The translations under genes and the position numbers were made by a program. From the NCBI GenBank assembly GCA_002316595.1, contig DCDV01000023.1, positions 13,010 through 59,740 on the forward strand: a DNA stretch of 46,731 bases, read 5' to 3'. The DNA is from Mageeibacillus sp. UBA1046 (GTDB lineage: Bacteria; Bacillota; Clostridia; Saccharofermentanales; DTU023). A model generated the notes under the pieces. That model was given only the letters and a program-made list of their open reading frames with translations, did no database searches and was not told the DNA's origin. Every line of letters begins with the position of its first letter. The stretch's first letter is position 1. Shown here one piece after another: positions 19,359-29,143 of the stretch.

Positions 19359-19403
19359 GAATATTATAATAGTGCTATTCCCCTGCTAAGAATCGTCACA
19401 GCA

Positions 19404-20351
19404 TTATTCAGTTGCCTCTGCCGAAGGCAAAATAGAATAATCTGTCTCCAGACCATTCGTATGCTCTGCCTGGAAATCGATGACTTCTTGCAGATTGGGA
19501 ATTGAAGCAGCCGCACCTGCCCTCATAACACAGATGGCACTGGCAGCTGTGGCCAGGGTAAGTGCCTTCAATATTGAATCTCCTGAAAGCACCGAACCCA
19601 AAAAATAACCATTGAAGGTGTCACCTGCCGCTGTGGTGTCTACTGTCTCTACCTGATAAGCTGAGCTGCGAAAATAGTACTCTCCGTCTGTAACTAATGA
19701 CCCCGACTTTCCCAGTGTAAGAACATGTGTAGTATCAGGATATCGTCTGCTCAACACGGAGGCGATAGCAAGCGGGTCTTCCTCACCCGTCAAAGCGGCA
19801 GCTTCAACTTCATTAACCATCAGCCAATCAAGCAGATGAAGCGGATAGGACAGAACGGCAGAAGTTATAGGTGCGGCATTGAAAGCAATGCGGAGCCGGC
19901 GTCTCGCTGCTTCATTAATAATTTCCGGAATCAGATTAACTTCATTTTGGAGTAAAATCGTGTCTCCCGGCTCAAAGTGATGCAGAACTTCATCGATATA
20001 TTCCAAGGTCAGAGTTCTGTTTGTACCTCCGTAAATTAATATACTGTTCTCGCCCGATTTGCTCACTTGAATAATTGCATGGCCTGTTTCCAGTTCACTC
20101 TTGCGGCGGATTAAAGAGGTATCAACGCCGTTGCTGATCAGTTCTGCAAGCAGCAGATCGCTCTCACGGCCGACAATGCCGGCATGGAAAACTTTTTTCC
20201 CCGACTTGGCAAGTGCTATAGACTGGTTAAGGCCTTTACCGCCTGCCCTTAGCACTAAGTCATCCGCTTCCATGGTTTCACCGGGACGTACAAAGCGCTC
20301 AACCCGATATGAATAGTCGAGATTTAAAGATCCTAGACATAATATGCGCAT
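19404..20351 (-). CDS. rbsK: Ribokinase (PfkB family)
   Basis: GSLNLD, GGKGLNQ, GENSI, LLQNE, NEVE, DTTAAGDTF. RBS AAGGAG. Confidence 0.85.
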   Translation of the reverse strand: MRILCLGSLNLDYSYRVERFVRPGETMEADDLVLRAGGKGLNQSIALAKSGKKVFHAGIVGRESDLLLAELISNGVDTSLIRRKSELETGHAIIQVSKSGENSILIYGGTNRTLTLEYIDEVLHHFEPGDTILLQNEVNLIPEIINEAARRRLRIAFNAAPITSAVLSYPLHLLDWLMVNEVEAAALTGEEDPLAIASVLSRRYPDTTHVLTLGKSGSLVTDGEYYFRSSAYQVETVDTTAAGDTFNGYFLGSVLSGDSILKALTLATAASAICVMRAGAAASIPNLQEVIDFQAEHTNGLETDYSILPSAEATE

Positions 20352-20372
20352 ACCGGTCTCCTTACAAAACGG

Positions 20373-22658
20373 CTAGAACCAAATCTCCACGTAGTGATTC
20401 TTGCCGGGAGTCAGTACGAATTCTGACGCAGATTCAACTTCAGTGCCGTTAATATAAGCCAGCAAAGGCACAATCTGAGGGAACTCAATCTTTGCTTCTT
20501 GCTCCTGGCCGGGGATAAAAACAGCTGCGTAATTGTCAGTGATGCGAAAATCCTCAAAGGGTCCCTTTGCATCAGAGACAAAGACCGGCTCTCCATCTAT
20601 TCTGACCTCTGTGTTTGTGCCCAATTTAAGATCTACTTTGCCGAAATGTGTTTTCAGACTGTTGATTATCATATTCTCCTGATTGAAAGCGCCGAAATTC
20701 AACCCTCCCAGCTCGCTGGAGTCAACAAAATTAAACACCCACATCAAAGGCAGCAGAGCGCCCCAGCCATAAAAAGGATCAGAATCAACGCTCTTTCCCA
20801 GACCTGTAAATGTATCGTAATTCTCATAACAGGCTCTTTCATTTTCAAATGCATTAGTGAATACTTCAGCACTCTTTTCAGCTAATAAATTCGCCTCACG
20901 GGCGTAACCATAACGTTTCAAGCCAATATAGGCAAAGAAGTTCAGAGGCGGCCACATGCGTCCGCGCCAATAGACATTATCATGCACAGCTTCGTCTTTT
21001 GCCCAGATGGAAGGCAGTGGAGCCTTTGTCCAAAATTCATCTTCATTAAAAATATGCTTGATGAGAATATCCGCCCGTTCTTTATCAGGTATTCCGGCCG
21101 CGAGAGGATAAAAACTCGTAGGAGAGGGACTGGCAAACTCACCGCTCCATAAACGGTTTGCATAGATTCCTCGTTCCTCATCCCAAAGCACTTGATTAAT
21201 TTTTTCTTTATGCAGCTGCAGACTATCCGACAATTCCGCAGCTATTTTATCTTCACCCAATACTCTCGCCATCTTGGCTAAAGACTCCGCATCCAGTACC
21301 AGAAGGCTGTTAAGTGTGATATCTTCCATATCAAGTGTTTCTGCCTCTGGTACGTATTTAGCTGTGTCATACATAGGGCTGTTATCCATGGCGGCCTCAT
21401 CTTTGCAGGCTAGTTTGGTTTGTTTATAGTGGCCGTCACCACAGTTCATAGAGCTGCCATATTCAAGCACCCCATTTTTGTTGCCATCTCGCTTACGAAA
21501 CCACCATTTATGTGCTTCGTATAATGTATCGAAGACTCTCATGAGCATATTGCGGTCGTGCGTCAGCTCATAATATTTCCAGACAATAAATGCAAAAACA
21601 GGCGGTTGTGATCTGTCCACCCATTCTGTGAAAGCGGACATTAGACAAGCCAGATTTCCCCCTGGGACGACATTATCCATTGCTGCCTTCAGATTGTTCT
21701 CACCCATCTGCCAATCGCCTGACCAGGTCGCTATCAAGGCGTGGTAGAAGACATCATCCAACCAGCGAAACCAGCCGCCGAATTTTTTGTCTATCCAGAA
21801 ACGAGTCAAAGAAGTAAATACAATTCCGTTATGCTGATCAGCAATCGCATTCCAGGCCATAACATCGCGAAGCGCCTCGGCGCAACTGGAGAATCGTCCT
21901 TCCATACCCAAGGCTTCCTGCAGACATTCCTTGATCTCTGACAGATCTTCTTCATCAAGTTCCAATGCCTCTTTTGCCTTATCTGCGGCCGTAAGGGGGT
22001 GGTTAGTTACTGCTACGGAGAAATCTATAACAGGTGTTTCTTCTAAATTGAAAGTGCTGTTCAAGTAATTTGCTTCGGCTGAATCTGTAAAGGGAGCATA
22101 ATATCCGTGCTTGACCATCTCTTCTCCCATATAAGAACTGTTTTTTGCAAGGCAATGCCGAACAGGTGTATCGGCGAAGGCAATTCCGAAATAATAGCTG
22201 CGATATTTCAACTCATATCCTTCTTCTTGTCTTTTTACGCCTTTGCTATCAATATTGGTGGAAACTTTCTTAACTGTGCCGCTATCTGCAAAGCCATCCT
22301 TTGCCTCGCCGGGTTTTTCTTGATCTTGAAAACCAAAGGCTAAGGTAGGCATAAATCTCAGACCCCACTCTCCGGAATGCACTACTTCCAGTCTTCCCCG
22401 GACTGTCCAATTATCTGTTTTCCAATACTGAAGTTGTAAAGTAGTGCCTGCGTGCTCCATGGTCAGCCGTAAATAGCGGCCGGCAAAATCATGTTCATAC
22501 AGCTTGATTTTGTCAGAAAAAGGAAACTCGGAATATTCTCCGCTGGCAAAACTGTATGCTCCGGGAACAATTTCAAATCCGGCAGGCAGAAACATCATAA
22601 TAGCGGGACTGTTGCTGCTCCAGGTATTAAAGTATCGATCTGCTGAGATATTGTACAT
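20373..22658 (-). CDS. GH63-like / MGH1-like (alpha/alpha)6 glycoside hydrolase (mannosyl/glucosylglycerate-hydrolase-like)
   Basis: DRSQPP, EAAMDNSPMYD, LWDEERG.Y, YWRGRMWPPLN, YENY, FYGWGALL. Start placed at ATG 22658 after GGAGGG. Confidence 0.8.
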   Translation of the reverse strand: MYNISADRYFNTWSSNSPAIMMFLPAGFEIVPGAYSFASGEYSEFPFSDKIKLYEHDFAGRYLRLTMEHAGTTLQLQYWKTDNWTVRGRLEVVHSGEWGLRFMPTLAFGFQDQEKPGEAKDGFADSGTVKKVSTNIDSKGVKRQEEGYELKYRSYYFGIAFADTPVRHCLAKNSSYMGEEMVKHGYYAPFTDSAEANYLNSTFNLEETPVIDFSVAVTNHPLTAADKAKEALELDEEDLSEIKECLQEALGMEGRFSSCAEALRDVMAWNAIADQHNGIVFTSLTRFWIDKKFGGWFRWLDDVFYHALIATWSGDWQMGENNLKAAMDNVVPGGNLACLMSAFTEWVDRSQPPVFAFIVWKYYELTHDRNMLMRVFDTLYEAHKWWFRKRDGNKNGVLEYGSSMNCGDGHYKQTKLACKDEAAMDNSPMYDTAKYVPEAETLDMEDITLNSLLVLDAESLAKMARVLGEDKIAAELSDSLQLHKEKINQVLWDEERGIYANRLWSGEFASPSPTSFYPLAAGIPDKERADILIKHIFNEDEFWTKAPLPSIWAKDEAVHDNVYWRGRMWPPLNFFAYIGLKRYGYAREANLLAEKSAEVFTNAFENERACYENYDTFTGLGKSVDSDPFYGWGALLPLMWVFNFVDSSELGGLNFGAFNQENMIINSLKTHFGKVDLKLGTNTEVRIDGEPVFVSDAKGPFEDFRITDNYAAVFIPGQEQEAKIEFPQIVPLLAYINGTEVESASEFVLTPGKNHYVEIWF

Positions 22659-22712
22659 TTCACCCTCCAAATTATCGCCGGGCAAATAAGCAACCCTGCG
22701 AAATATGACGGA

Positions 22713-23750
22713 TCAGCTCCGGGTCACCGGGAAAGCTGCCGCAAATGACACTTCCCAACCCAGTTCATCACCAATTTCAATCATCGTTCCTTCACGTGAC
22801 AGGACTCTCATGTTTAAAGTCAGGTCATTATTTCGTAAAGTCACTCTGGTAGTAGTACCTTGGAATAGGATTTCCGTTACTTCTCCCCGTCCCATGCCTT
22901 CCCCGGCATTAACCGGGAAAATGTTTTCTTCCTTAATTAAGACACGCAGTTCTGTACCGGCCGGAAATTCTTTCAATAACGGAATTTTGAAACCGTTTCC
23001 TACTGCATAACCATTATTATAGACAGCACTGAGAATATTTGAGTTCCCGATAAATTCTGCAGCGAACTCAGAATCAGGCCGTAAATATACCTCAGCAGGC
23101 ACATTGTCTTCTGCAATCTGACCTTGATCCAAAAGCAAGACACGGTCTGCCAGGGCAAGCGCCTCACCTTGATCATGCGTAACAAAGACAGTTGTAATTT
23201 CTGTCTCTCGTTGTATGCGCAATACTTCCTCCTGCATGTGCTCTCGTATTCTTCGGTCAAGAGCAGACAATGGTTCATCCAGAAGCAATATATCCGGTTC
23301 ATACACTATGGCGCGCGCCAAAGCTACCCTTTGCTGCTCACCGCCGGACAGATCTGTGGTTGATCTTTTTTCATATCCTTTGAGCTTTACAGTCTCCAGA
23401 GTTTCTCCCACACGATCTCTGATCTCGGATTTACTTATTTTGCGAAGACGCAGAGGATAGGCAATGTTCTCGTAAACATTCATATGAGCGAACAAAGCAT
23501 AACTCTGGAATACCATTCCGACATTGCGCTTTTCGATTGGATCTTTACTAATATCCCTTCCCGAGATCAGGACAGCACCCGCATCTTGTATCTCAATGCC
23601 GCTGATAATCTTGAGCAAAGTAGATTTGCCGCTGCCGGAAGCCCCTAACAGTGCTAAAAACTCTCCACTCCCGGCTCTTAAGGAAATATCCTTAAGCACC
23701 TCTTTGCTGCCAAAGCTTTTACTAATATTTCTCAGTTCCAAATCAGCCAT
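22713..23750 (-). CDS. ABC transporter ATP-binding protein, PotA family
   Basis: Walker A GASGSGKS, VFQSYALF, LSGGEQQRVALARA, LLLDEPLSALD, VTHDQ, TOBE-like tail. Confidence 0.93.
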   Translation of the reverse strand: MADLELRNISKSFGSKEVLKDISLRAGSGEFLALLGASGSGKSTLLKIISGIEIQDAGAVLISGRDISKDPIEKRNVGMVFQSYALFAHMNVYENIAYPLRLRKISKSEIRDRVGETLETVKLKGYEKRSTTDLSGGEQQRVALARAIVYEPDILLLDEPLSALDRRIREHMQEEVLRIQRETEITTVFVTHDQGEALALADRVLLLDQGQIAEDNVPAEVYLRPDSEFAAEFIGNSNILSAVYNNGYAVGNGFKIPLLKEFPAGTELRVLIKEENIFPVNAGEGMGRGEVTEILFQGTTTRVTLRNNDLTLNMRVLSREGTMIEIGDELGWEVSFAAAFPVTRS

Positions 23751-24279
23751 TTAGCAATTCCTTTGAATATTTGATCTCAATCTGTGCAGGGATCAGCTCC
23801 GCCAGCAAAACAATGGCCTCATTAAAGATGGGAAGGCTGGCCGCGCAGGCATCCGGGACGATGGTAACCGGCAACCCCAGATCAACTGCTGTCATCATCG
23901 TCGACAAAACACAAAATTCGGTTTGCACCCCGGTGATAAGAATTTCATCATATTGCTCAGTCAGCAAATATTCCCTCAGCCGGCCGGATTCTAATGCTGA
24001 ATATGTATATTTATCAAAAAGTTGATGAGGAATGCTTGCCAATTCAGGTAAGAGCAATATACCCTCCGGATCAGAATTAACATCGGCATTTACTTCATTG
24101 TAAGACTTCCAGCGTCCGGGAGGGTTATCAAAGGGCAGATGTCTGGTGAAAAGTCTGTTCTTGTATTTCCCGCACAGATTCACGATATTTTCAGCCACAG
24201 TCTCTAAACCCTCTGTTTCCCAGGCACCTCCGGCAGCATAAACTCTTTGCATATCAATAACCAATAAGGCAATCTTCAT
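23743..24279 (-). CDS. Isochorismatase-family cysteine hydrolase (amidase-like)
   Basis: Asp-Lys-Cys triad in LLVIDMQ, DKYTYSA and TGVQTEFCV..T, plus DAC. The stop overlaps the potA start. Confidence 0.9.
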   Translation of the reverse strand: MKIALLVIDMQRVYAAGGAWETEGLETVAENIVNLCGKYKNRLFTRHLPFDNPPGRWKSYNEVNADVNSDPEGILLLPELASIPHQLFDKYTYSALESGRLREYLLTEQYDEILITGVQTEFCVLSTMMTAVDLGLPVTIVPDACAASLPIFNEAIVLLAELIPAQIEIKYSKELLNG

Positions 24280-25071
24280 CTAAAGCTCCTCCAGAAACTT
24301 CCCCTCTTTGCCCCGACCTAATCTGTTAACTACTAGAACAAGTGCAATAGACAATAGTGCCATGATCGTAGCCAGTGCGTTTATGTCAGGTTTATACCCG
24401 ACTCTGACCAAGTTATATATCTCCATAGGCAGAGTTCTGACGCCAAAGGGAGCCAGATAGTACTGAATAACAAAATTATTGAAACAAACCATGAACGCCA
24501 TAAGTGAAGATGCCAGCAGAGCAGGCAAAATTCCCGGAAGCACTATCGTAAACAGCGTTCTTCCATTACTTGCACCCATTGTTCTGGCTGCATATTCTAT
24601 GTTTCTGTCCAAAGCCATTAACGCGGGATAGACTAAAAGTACAACATAGGGCAAAACACATATGCAATTGCCAAGGAACATGCCCGGGTAGGACCTTCCT
24701 AAGCCGACAAAATTGAATATCATCAACAATGCGACACCCAGTACAAGCCAAGGTATAACTACGCCAAGATTCAGCCAGGCAATAAAACTTTGAGCCCATT
24801 TGGGCTTCATCCTGCGCAACCCTAAACTTGTCAGCAGACCAACAACGGATACAGTGCATGTCACGAGGAAAGAAAACCAGATGGATAACCAGGTCGCCCT
24901 GCCCAGGTTTCTGCTGGAAAAGAGCAGTTCATACCACCTGGTAGAAAACTCAAAGGGCAATGTGCCGTATTGAGAAGAGTTGAAGCTCATTACCATTACC
25001 ACGATAATGGGCGAGAAAATAAAAATATAGGTCAGCACCATTATGAGTCTTAACCAAGGACTTTGCTTCAT
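24280..25071 (-). CDS. ABC transporter permease, PotC family
   Basis: IF.PII.VMVMSFN, FSTRWY, EAA-type loop IEYAARTMGAS, TLPMEIY, P.INALAT. The ATG at 25071 overlaps the potB stop (ATGA). Confidence 0.9.
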   Translation of the reverse strand: MKQSPWLRLIMVLTYIFIFSPIIVVMVMSFNSSQYGTLPFEFSTRWYELLFSSRNLGRATWLSIWFSFLVTCTVSVVGLLTSLGLRRMKPKWAQSFIAWLNLGVVIPWLVLGVALLMIFNFVGLGRSYPGMFLGNCICVLPYVVLLVYPALMALDRNIEYAARTMGASNGRTLFTIVLPGILPALLASSLMAFMVCFNNFVIQYYLAPFGVRTLPMEIYNLVRVGYKPDINALATIMALLSIALVLVVNRLGRGKEGKFLEEL

Positions 25072-25919
25072 AGACGCCTCCCTGCAAAATATCGTATTGA
25101 TCTTTGGATAACGAAAGTTACAGCTGAAATTACCAATAAGAAGAGAACGCAAAGTGCGCAGCCTCTGCCCAAGTTCAAAGATACGGAGAAATTAGAGTCG
25201 ATCAATGATCCGATCATCATGCCGTTAGTTCCTCCGGCAAGATTAGATTCGACAAAACTGCCGGCTACCGGGATAAAGACCAGGATGATTCCGGATAGAA
25301 GTCCCGGGGAGGTCAGAGGTAAGATTACATCAAAAAAAACCCGTCTGCGGCCGGCACCCATGCTTCTTGCTACCGCTATGATATTATCGTCGATCTTCGA
25401 CATTGATGAATACAGTGTCAAAACCATATAGGGAAGGAATTGATAAAGCAAGATTAAATAGACAGCAAAATTACTGTACAATGCTGAGCGAGTAGGATCA
25501 GCGCCGAATATTGATAAAAAGCTCATTACCGGACCGCGTGACTGGAGCATTACCATTATTGAATAGATCAGGAGCAGCTGCGAGGTAAAAAAAGGAATAA
25601 TTATCAGTATTATCAGAGTATTGCGCCACCTCGGTGTAACAACTTTCGCAATTCCATACGAGACAGGATAAGCGATGACAATAGCACTTAAAGTAACGAA
25701 AAAGGCAATCAGCAGAGATTTGATCATAAGGGGGCCGAAGAGACCCCTCTCATAAATATTGATGTAATTGCTGAAACTCAGGTCGCTGTTTATGCTGATC
25801 TGATTGCCTGTAATCAGACTGAATAACAATAATAAAGACAAAGGCAAAAGGACAAGTGACAGCAACATCCCGGCTCCTGGCAGCATAAGCAGCCAAGTTT
25901 TTATCCTAGATTTTGTCAT
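25068..25919 (-). CDS. ABC transporter permease, PotB family
   Basis: IAYPVSY, IIPFFTS, FLPYMVL.LYSSM.KID, ARSMGA, VILPLTSPG. Confidence 0.9.
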   Translation of the reverse strand: MTKSRIKTWLLMLPGAGMLLSLVLLPLSLLLLFSLITGNQISINSDLSFSNYINIYERGLFGPLMIKSLLIAFFVTLSAIVIAYPVSYGIAKVVTPRWRNTLIILIIIPFFTSQLLLIYSIMVMLQSRGPVMSFLSIFGADPTRSALYSNFAVYLILLYQFLPYMVLTLYSSMSKIDDNIIAVARSMGAGRRRVFFDVILPLTSPGLLSGIILVFIPVAGSFVESNLAGGTNGMMIGSLIDSNFSVSLNLGRGCALCVLFLLVISAVTFVIQRSIRYFAGRRL

Positions 25920-25988
25920 CCCATTCTCCTCAAAAAATAATTCTTACTAGCGGTAGAAAGTTATGGTTATCATCCTTTGCCGGATAAA

Positions 25989-27095
25989 TCAGTTTGCAGC
26001 TTTAACTTCGTTCCATATGTCCAGCCAGGCTTCATTAACCTCCGGAGAGAGCTCTTTTTGAAAAGCTAAAATTTCAGGCAGCTCAGTAACGTACAGAGCT
26101 TCTTTAACTTCATCGCTTAATACCTCAAATACTTTATTATTAGTAGGGATCGGAGGCTGAGCTTCCAGATCGGCAGCATATGTGGACTGAAACTCTACCG
26201 ATGTCATCCAGTCAATCCATTTGTAAGCCAGATCTTCGTTAGGAGCGTTCCTTGGAATGCTCCAGTAATCAACCCATGCGACTGTACCCTCTTTAGGATA
26301 AATGTATTCCATTTTCTGGCCTGTGGCATTAAGCTGCGTGGCAGCACCTGACCAGACACTTCCCATCACTACCTCCCCTGCGGTGTATGGGTTAGCGAAT
26401 GAATCATAACTGGACCAAAATAATCTGGCGTTTTCTTTTAGCTCTAACAGCACTGTCTTAATTTTGTCAAGATCAGGATTCTCAGGATCTTCGCCGCTAT
26501 ATAATGCGGCAATCATGACTGCAGTTGTATGATCATCAAAGAAAGCAATTCTGTCTTTATAAGCAGGATCCCAAAGCGCCGCCCAGGAATCTATTTCTTC
26601 ATCAACAGCATCCGGATTGTAGCCCAGTGAGGTCGTCCCCCAGGTCCAAGGCACACCAAGCACATTGCCGTCCTCATCTTTTATATCTTCAACTGTACAC
26701 AAGTCTTCACGTAAATCCTTGTAGTTTTCCAGCTTACTGGTATCCAAAGGCGTGAACATGTCTTCTCTTTTGCCGATTGCAACATAAGACATATTGGGCA
26801 GGCATACATCAATCTCACCGATACCGCCTTGTCTCAGCATATTAAGCAAAGCTTCCTCAGAATCAAAATACTGATGGACAATTTCACAGTTATTTGCTTC
26901 TTCAAATTCGCGGATAGCATACTCTGCGTCAGAGCCGTATCCTTGCCAATTTGCCACAACTAGTTTTCTTATTTCACCGGGATCTGTAGTTTCCTGCCCT
27001 GTACCGTCAGGCACAGTTGCTTCACCATTGTCCGCCTGGCAGGCTGTTGATAGCAGCAAAATCATAGCTAACAATATTACCAATAGTCGTTTCAT
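25989..27095 (-). CDS. ABC substrate-binding lipoprotein, PotD/PotF family
   Basis: Lipobox STA-C, NWQGY, FDSEE, VPWTWGT, SWAALWDP.YK, PKEG...WVD. Start at ATG 27095 after GGAGG. Confidence 0.9.
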   Translation of the reverse strand: MKRLLVILLAMILLLSTACQADNGEATVPDGTGQETTDPGEIRKLVVANWQGYGSDAEYAIREFEEANNCEIVHQYFDSEEALLNMLRQGGIGEIDVCLPNMSYVAIGKREDMFTPLDTSKLENYKDLREDLCTVEDIKDEDGNVLGVPWTWGTTSLGYNPDAVDEEIDSWAALWDPAYKDRIAFFDDHTTAVMIAALYSGEDPENPDLDKIKTVLLELKENARLFWSSYDSFANPYTAGEVVMGSVWSGAATQLNATGQKMEYIYPKEGTVAWVDYWSIPRNAPNEDLAYKWIDWMTSVEFQSTYAADLEAQPPIPTNNKVFEVLSDEVKEALYVTELPEILAFQKELSPEVNEAWLDIWNEVKAAN

Positions 27096-27165
27096 TGCGG
27101 TTTCCTCCATTGAAAAGCTATTTTCTCATATTTATTTTGGTTAGTTGTATTTGCTTTCTACAGCA

Positions 27166-28104
27166 TTATGAATCTTCAGGCTGGCTGGGAATTGCTCTTT
27201 CTCTCTGCGGAGTAAAATAATTCGCACCATATACGCCTATGAGAATAATTATACCACCAAATATCATGCTGGCGTTCAGCCGCTCGTTCAATATAAACAC
27301 TCCGGCTAAAACTGTAGTCAGAGTAGTCAGACTGGAAAAAGAAACATTTCTGTTCAAGCCGATTACTGAAATGCTGTAGTGCTGACCCAAATAGGCGATA
27401 ACAGAGGAAAGAACACCCAAATATAAAACAGCAATCAAGAACTCTTTGTCCTTGAAGGGAAGCTTAAGCCACTCCTCAACTGTACCCGCTGCCAGATTTC
27501 GCATCAGAGCTGCTCCGCCAAAGCCGATAAAGCCGACGAGCATCATGACAAAAGTTTTCTCAGCACTGGAATATTCGCAGTATTTCGCCGAGAGAGAATA
27601 ACAAACCGCAGCACTGAAGACAGCTGCAACCAGCACCAAATAGCCAACGACATTAAACTTTATACCGCCGATGCTCTGGCCAAGCACAATAACCATCACA
27701 CCTGCAACCGTCAGAACAATAGAAAACGCTTGTTTTCCGGTAGGGATCTGCTTAGCGACAGGAATACCGATAAGCATGGCTGCGATCGGGATTGTCGCGA
27801 TAAGCAGGCTGGTTTCAGTAGCAGAGGTGTAATATAAAGCAATCGACTCCAACGTAAAGAAAATCAGCGGCTCAGCTATGGCTATCGCTATCAAAGGCCC
27901 GATCTTTTTGCCCTTGAAATCAATTTTGAATACATTGAAGGCGATTAAAATTGAGAATGTCAGAAAAGCGACAAAGAATCGCCAGCTCAGCAGATTGAGA
28001 AAATTAATACGAACAACAATTGTACGTGTAAATAAGAAACTAAAGCCCCAGATCACTCGGGTTATTAAGGTAGCGGCAATGGCACTGCCCTGTTTTTCTT
28101 TCAT
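27166..28104 (-). CDS. EamA/DMT family transporter (copy 2)
   Basis: IWGFSF, LLSWRF, EP..FF..E, LYLG..SS..AY; about 10 TM segments. Confidence 0.9.
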   Translation of the reverse strand: MKEKQGSAIAATLITRVIWGFSFLFTRTIVVRINFLNLLSWRFFVAFLTFSILIAFNVFKIDFKGKKIGPLIAIAIAEPLIFFTLESIALYYTSATETSLLIATIPIAAMLIGIPVAKQIPTGKQAFSIVLTVAGVMVIVLGQSIGGIKFNVVGYLVLVAAVFSAAVCYSLSAKYCEYSSAEKTFVMMLVGFIGFGGAALMRNLAAGTVEEWLKLPFKDKEFLIAVLYLGVLSSVIAYLGQHYSISVIGLNRNVSFSSLTTLTTVLAGVFILNERLNASMIFGGIIILIGVYGANYFTPQRERAIPSQPEDS

Positions 28105-29036
28105 CGAGATTGCTCTTTAGATTTTTCTCGCGTGCTGGTAAAGTAATTTGCACCGTATACGCCAGTCAGGATAATGATTCCGCCAATTATCATGCTGGCA
28201 TTAATTTTCTCGTGCAAGATAAAGACACCAGCCAAAACAGAGGTCAGCGTAGTCACGCCGGAAAAAGATACGCTGCGATTCAAACCAATGACTGAAATGC
28301 TGTAGTGCTGCCCCACATAACAGATAACTGAAGCCAGCAAGCCCAGATATAAGATAGATATTAAAAACTCTCTGTCCTGAAAGGGCAGCAAGAGCCATTC
28401 CTGTACTGTCCCCGCAGCAATGTTCTGCACTAAAGCTGCGCTGCCAAAGCCGATGAAGCCTATAACCATCATAGCTAAAGACTTCTCGGCGCTGGAATAC
28501 TCATCATGCTTCGCCGAGAGGGCGGAGAATATCGCTCCGCTGAAGACAGCAACCAGCAATACAAGGTAACCTATGATGTCAAAACTTATCCCTTCTATGC
28601 TCTGCCCCAAAATAATCACTGCCACACCGACAACAGACAAGATAATTGACAGTGCCTGTTTCTTTGTTGGGATCTGTTTAGCGATAGGGATACCGACTAT
28701 CATGGCAGCTATCGGAATAGTAGCGATCATCAGACTAGTCTCGGTAGCAGATGTACGTTGAATACCGATAGATTCCGCTGTGAAGAAAATAATCGGCTCA
28801 GCTATGGCAATCTTCAGCAAGGGCATGAGTTTCTTGCCTTTGAGATTAATCTTAAATACTTTGAAGGCGATCAGAAGCAGAAAAGCAGCCAAGGCTATAA
28901 GAAAACGCCAGCTTAGAAGATTGAGAATAGGAGTACGCACGACAACACTGCGCGTAAACATAAAACTGAAACCCCAGATCACACAAGTGACCAGGGTTAT
29001 CAAAACAGCTCCCGCTTGACGTTTTTTCATGCTCAA
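28101..29036 (-). CDS. EamA/DMT family transporter (copy 1)
   Basis: Colinear paralog of the 27166-28104 gene, with an ATGA overlap. Start is TTG 29036 or ATG 29030. Confidence 0.9.
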   Translation of the reverse strand: MSMKKRQAGAVLITLVTCVIWGFSFMFTRSVVVRTPILNLLSWRFLIALAAFLLLIAFKVFKINLKGKKLMPLLKIAIAEPIIFFTAESIGIQRTSATETSLMIATIPIAAMIVGIPIAKQIPTKKQALSIILSVVGVAVIILGQSIEGISFDIIGYLVLLVAVFSGAIFSALSAKHDEYSSAEKSLAMMVIGFIGFGSAALVQNIAAGTVQEWLLLPFQDREFLISILYLGLLASVICYVGQHYSISVIGLNRSVSFSGVTTLTSVLAGVFILHEKINASMIIGGIIILTGVYGANYFTSTREKSKEQSR

Positions 29037-29123
29037 CTAATCAACCCTCCCGGGAGCGGCGTGACTCTCCGCGATGAAGCACTAAATGCATACTTGAAAC
29101 AACCCTCCCGAGAGCGGCGTGAC
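29034..29123 (-). repeat. Two direct repeats (24-bp core, 58-bp period) with a unique spacer; degenerate type I-C CRISPR-repeat-like
   Basis: caaccctcccgggagcggcgtgac (29042-29065) and caaccctcccgagagcggcgtgac (29100-29123), one mismatch. The repeat itself is certain; the CRISPR resemblance is tentative. Confidence 0.75.
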
Positions 29124-29143
29124 CAAAACCATTGCTGATAATT

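Noticed and set aside
23743-24279. Nicotinamidase PncA (a nicotinamide-riboside salvage reading of the operon)
   Set aside because: The D-x-H...H metal-binding set of PncA is not evident (FTRHL), so only a family-level call is made.
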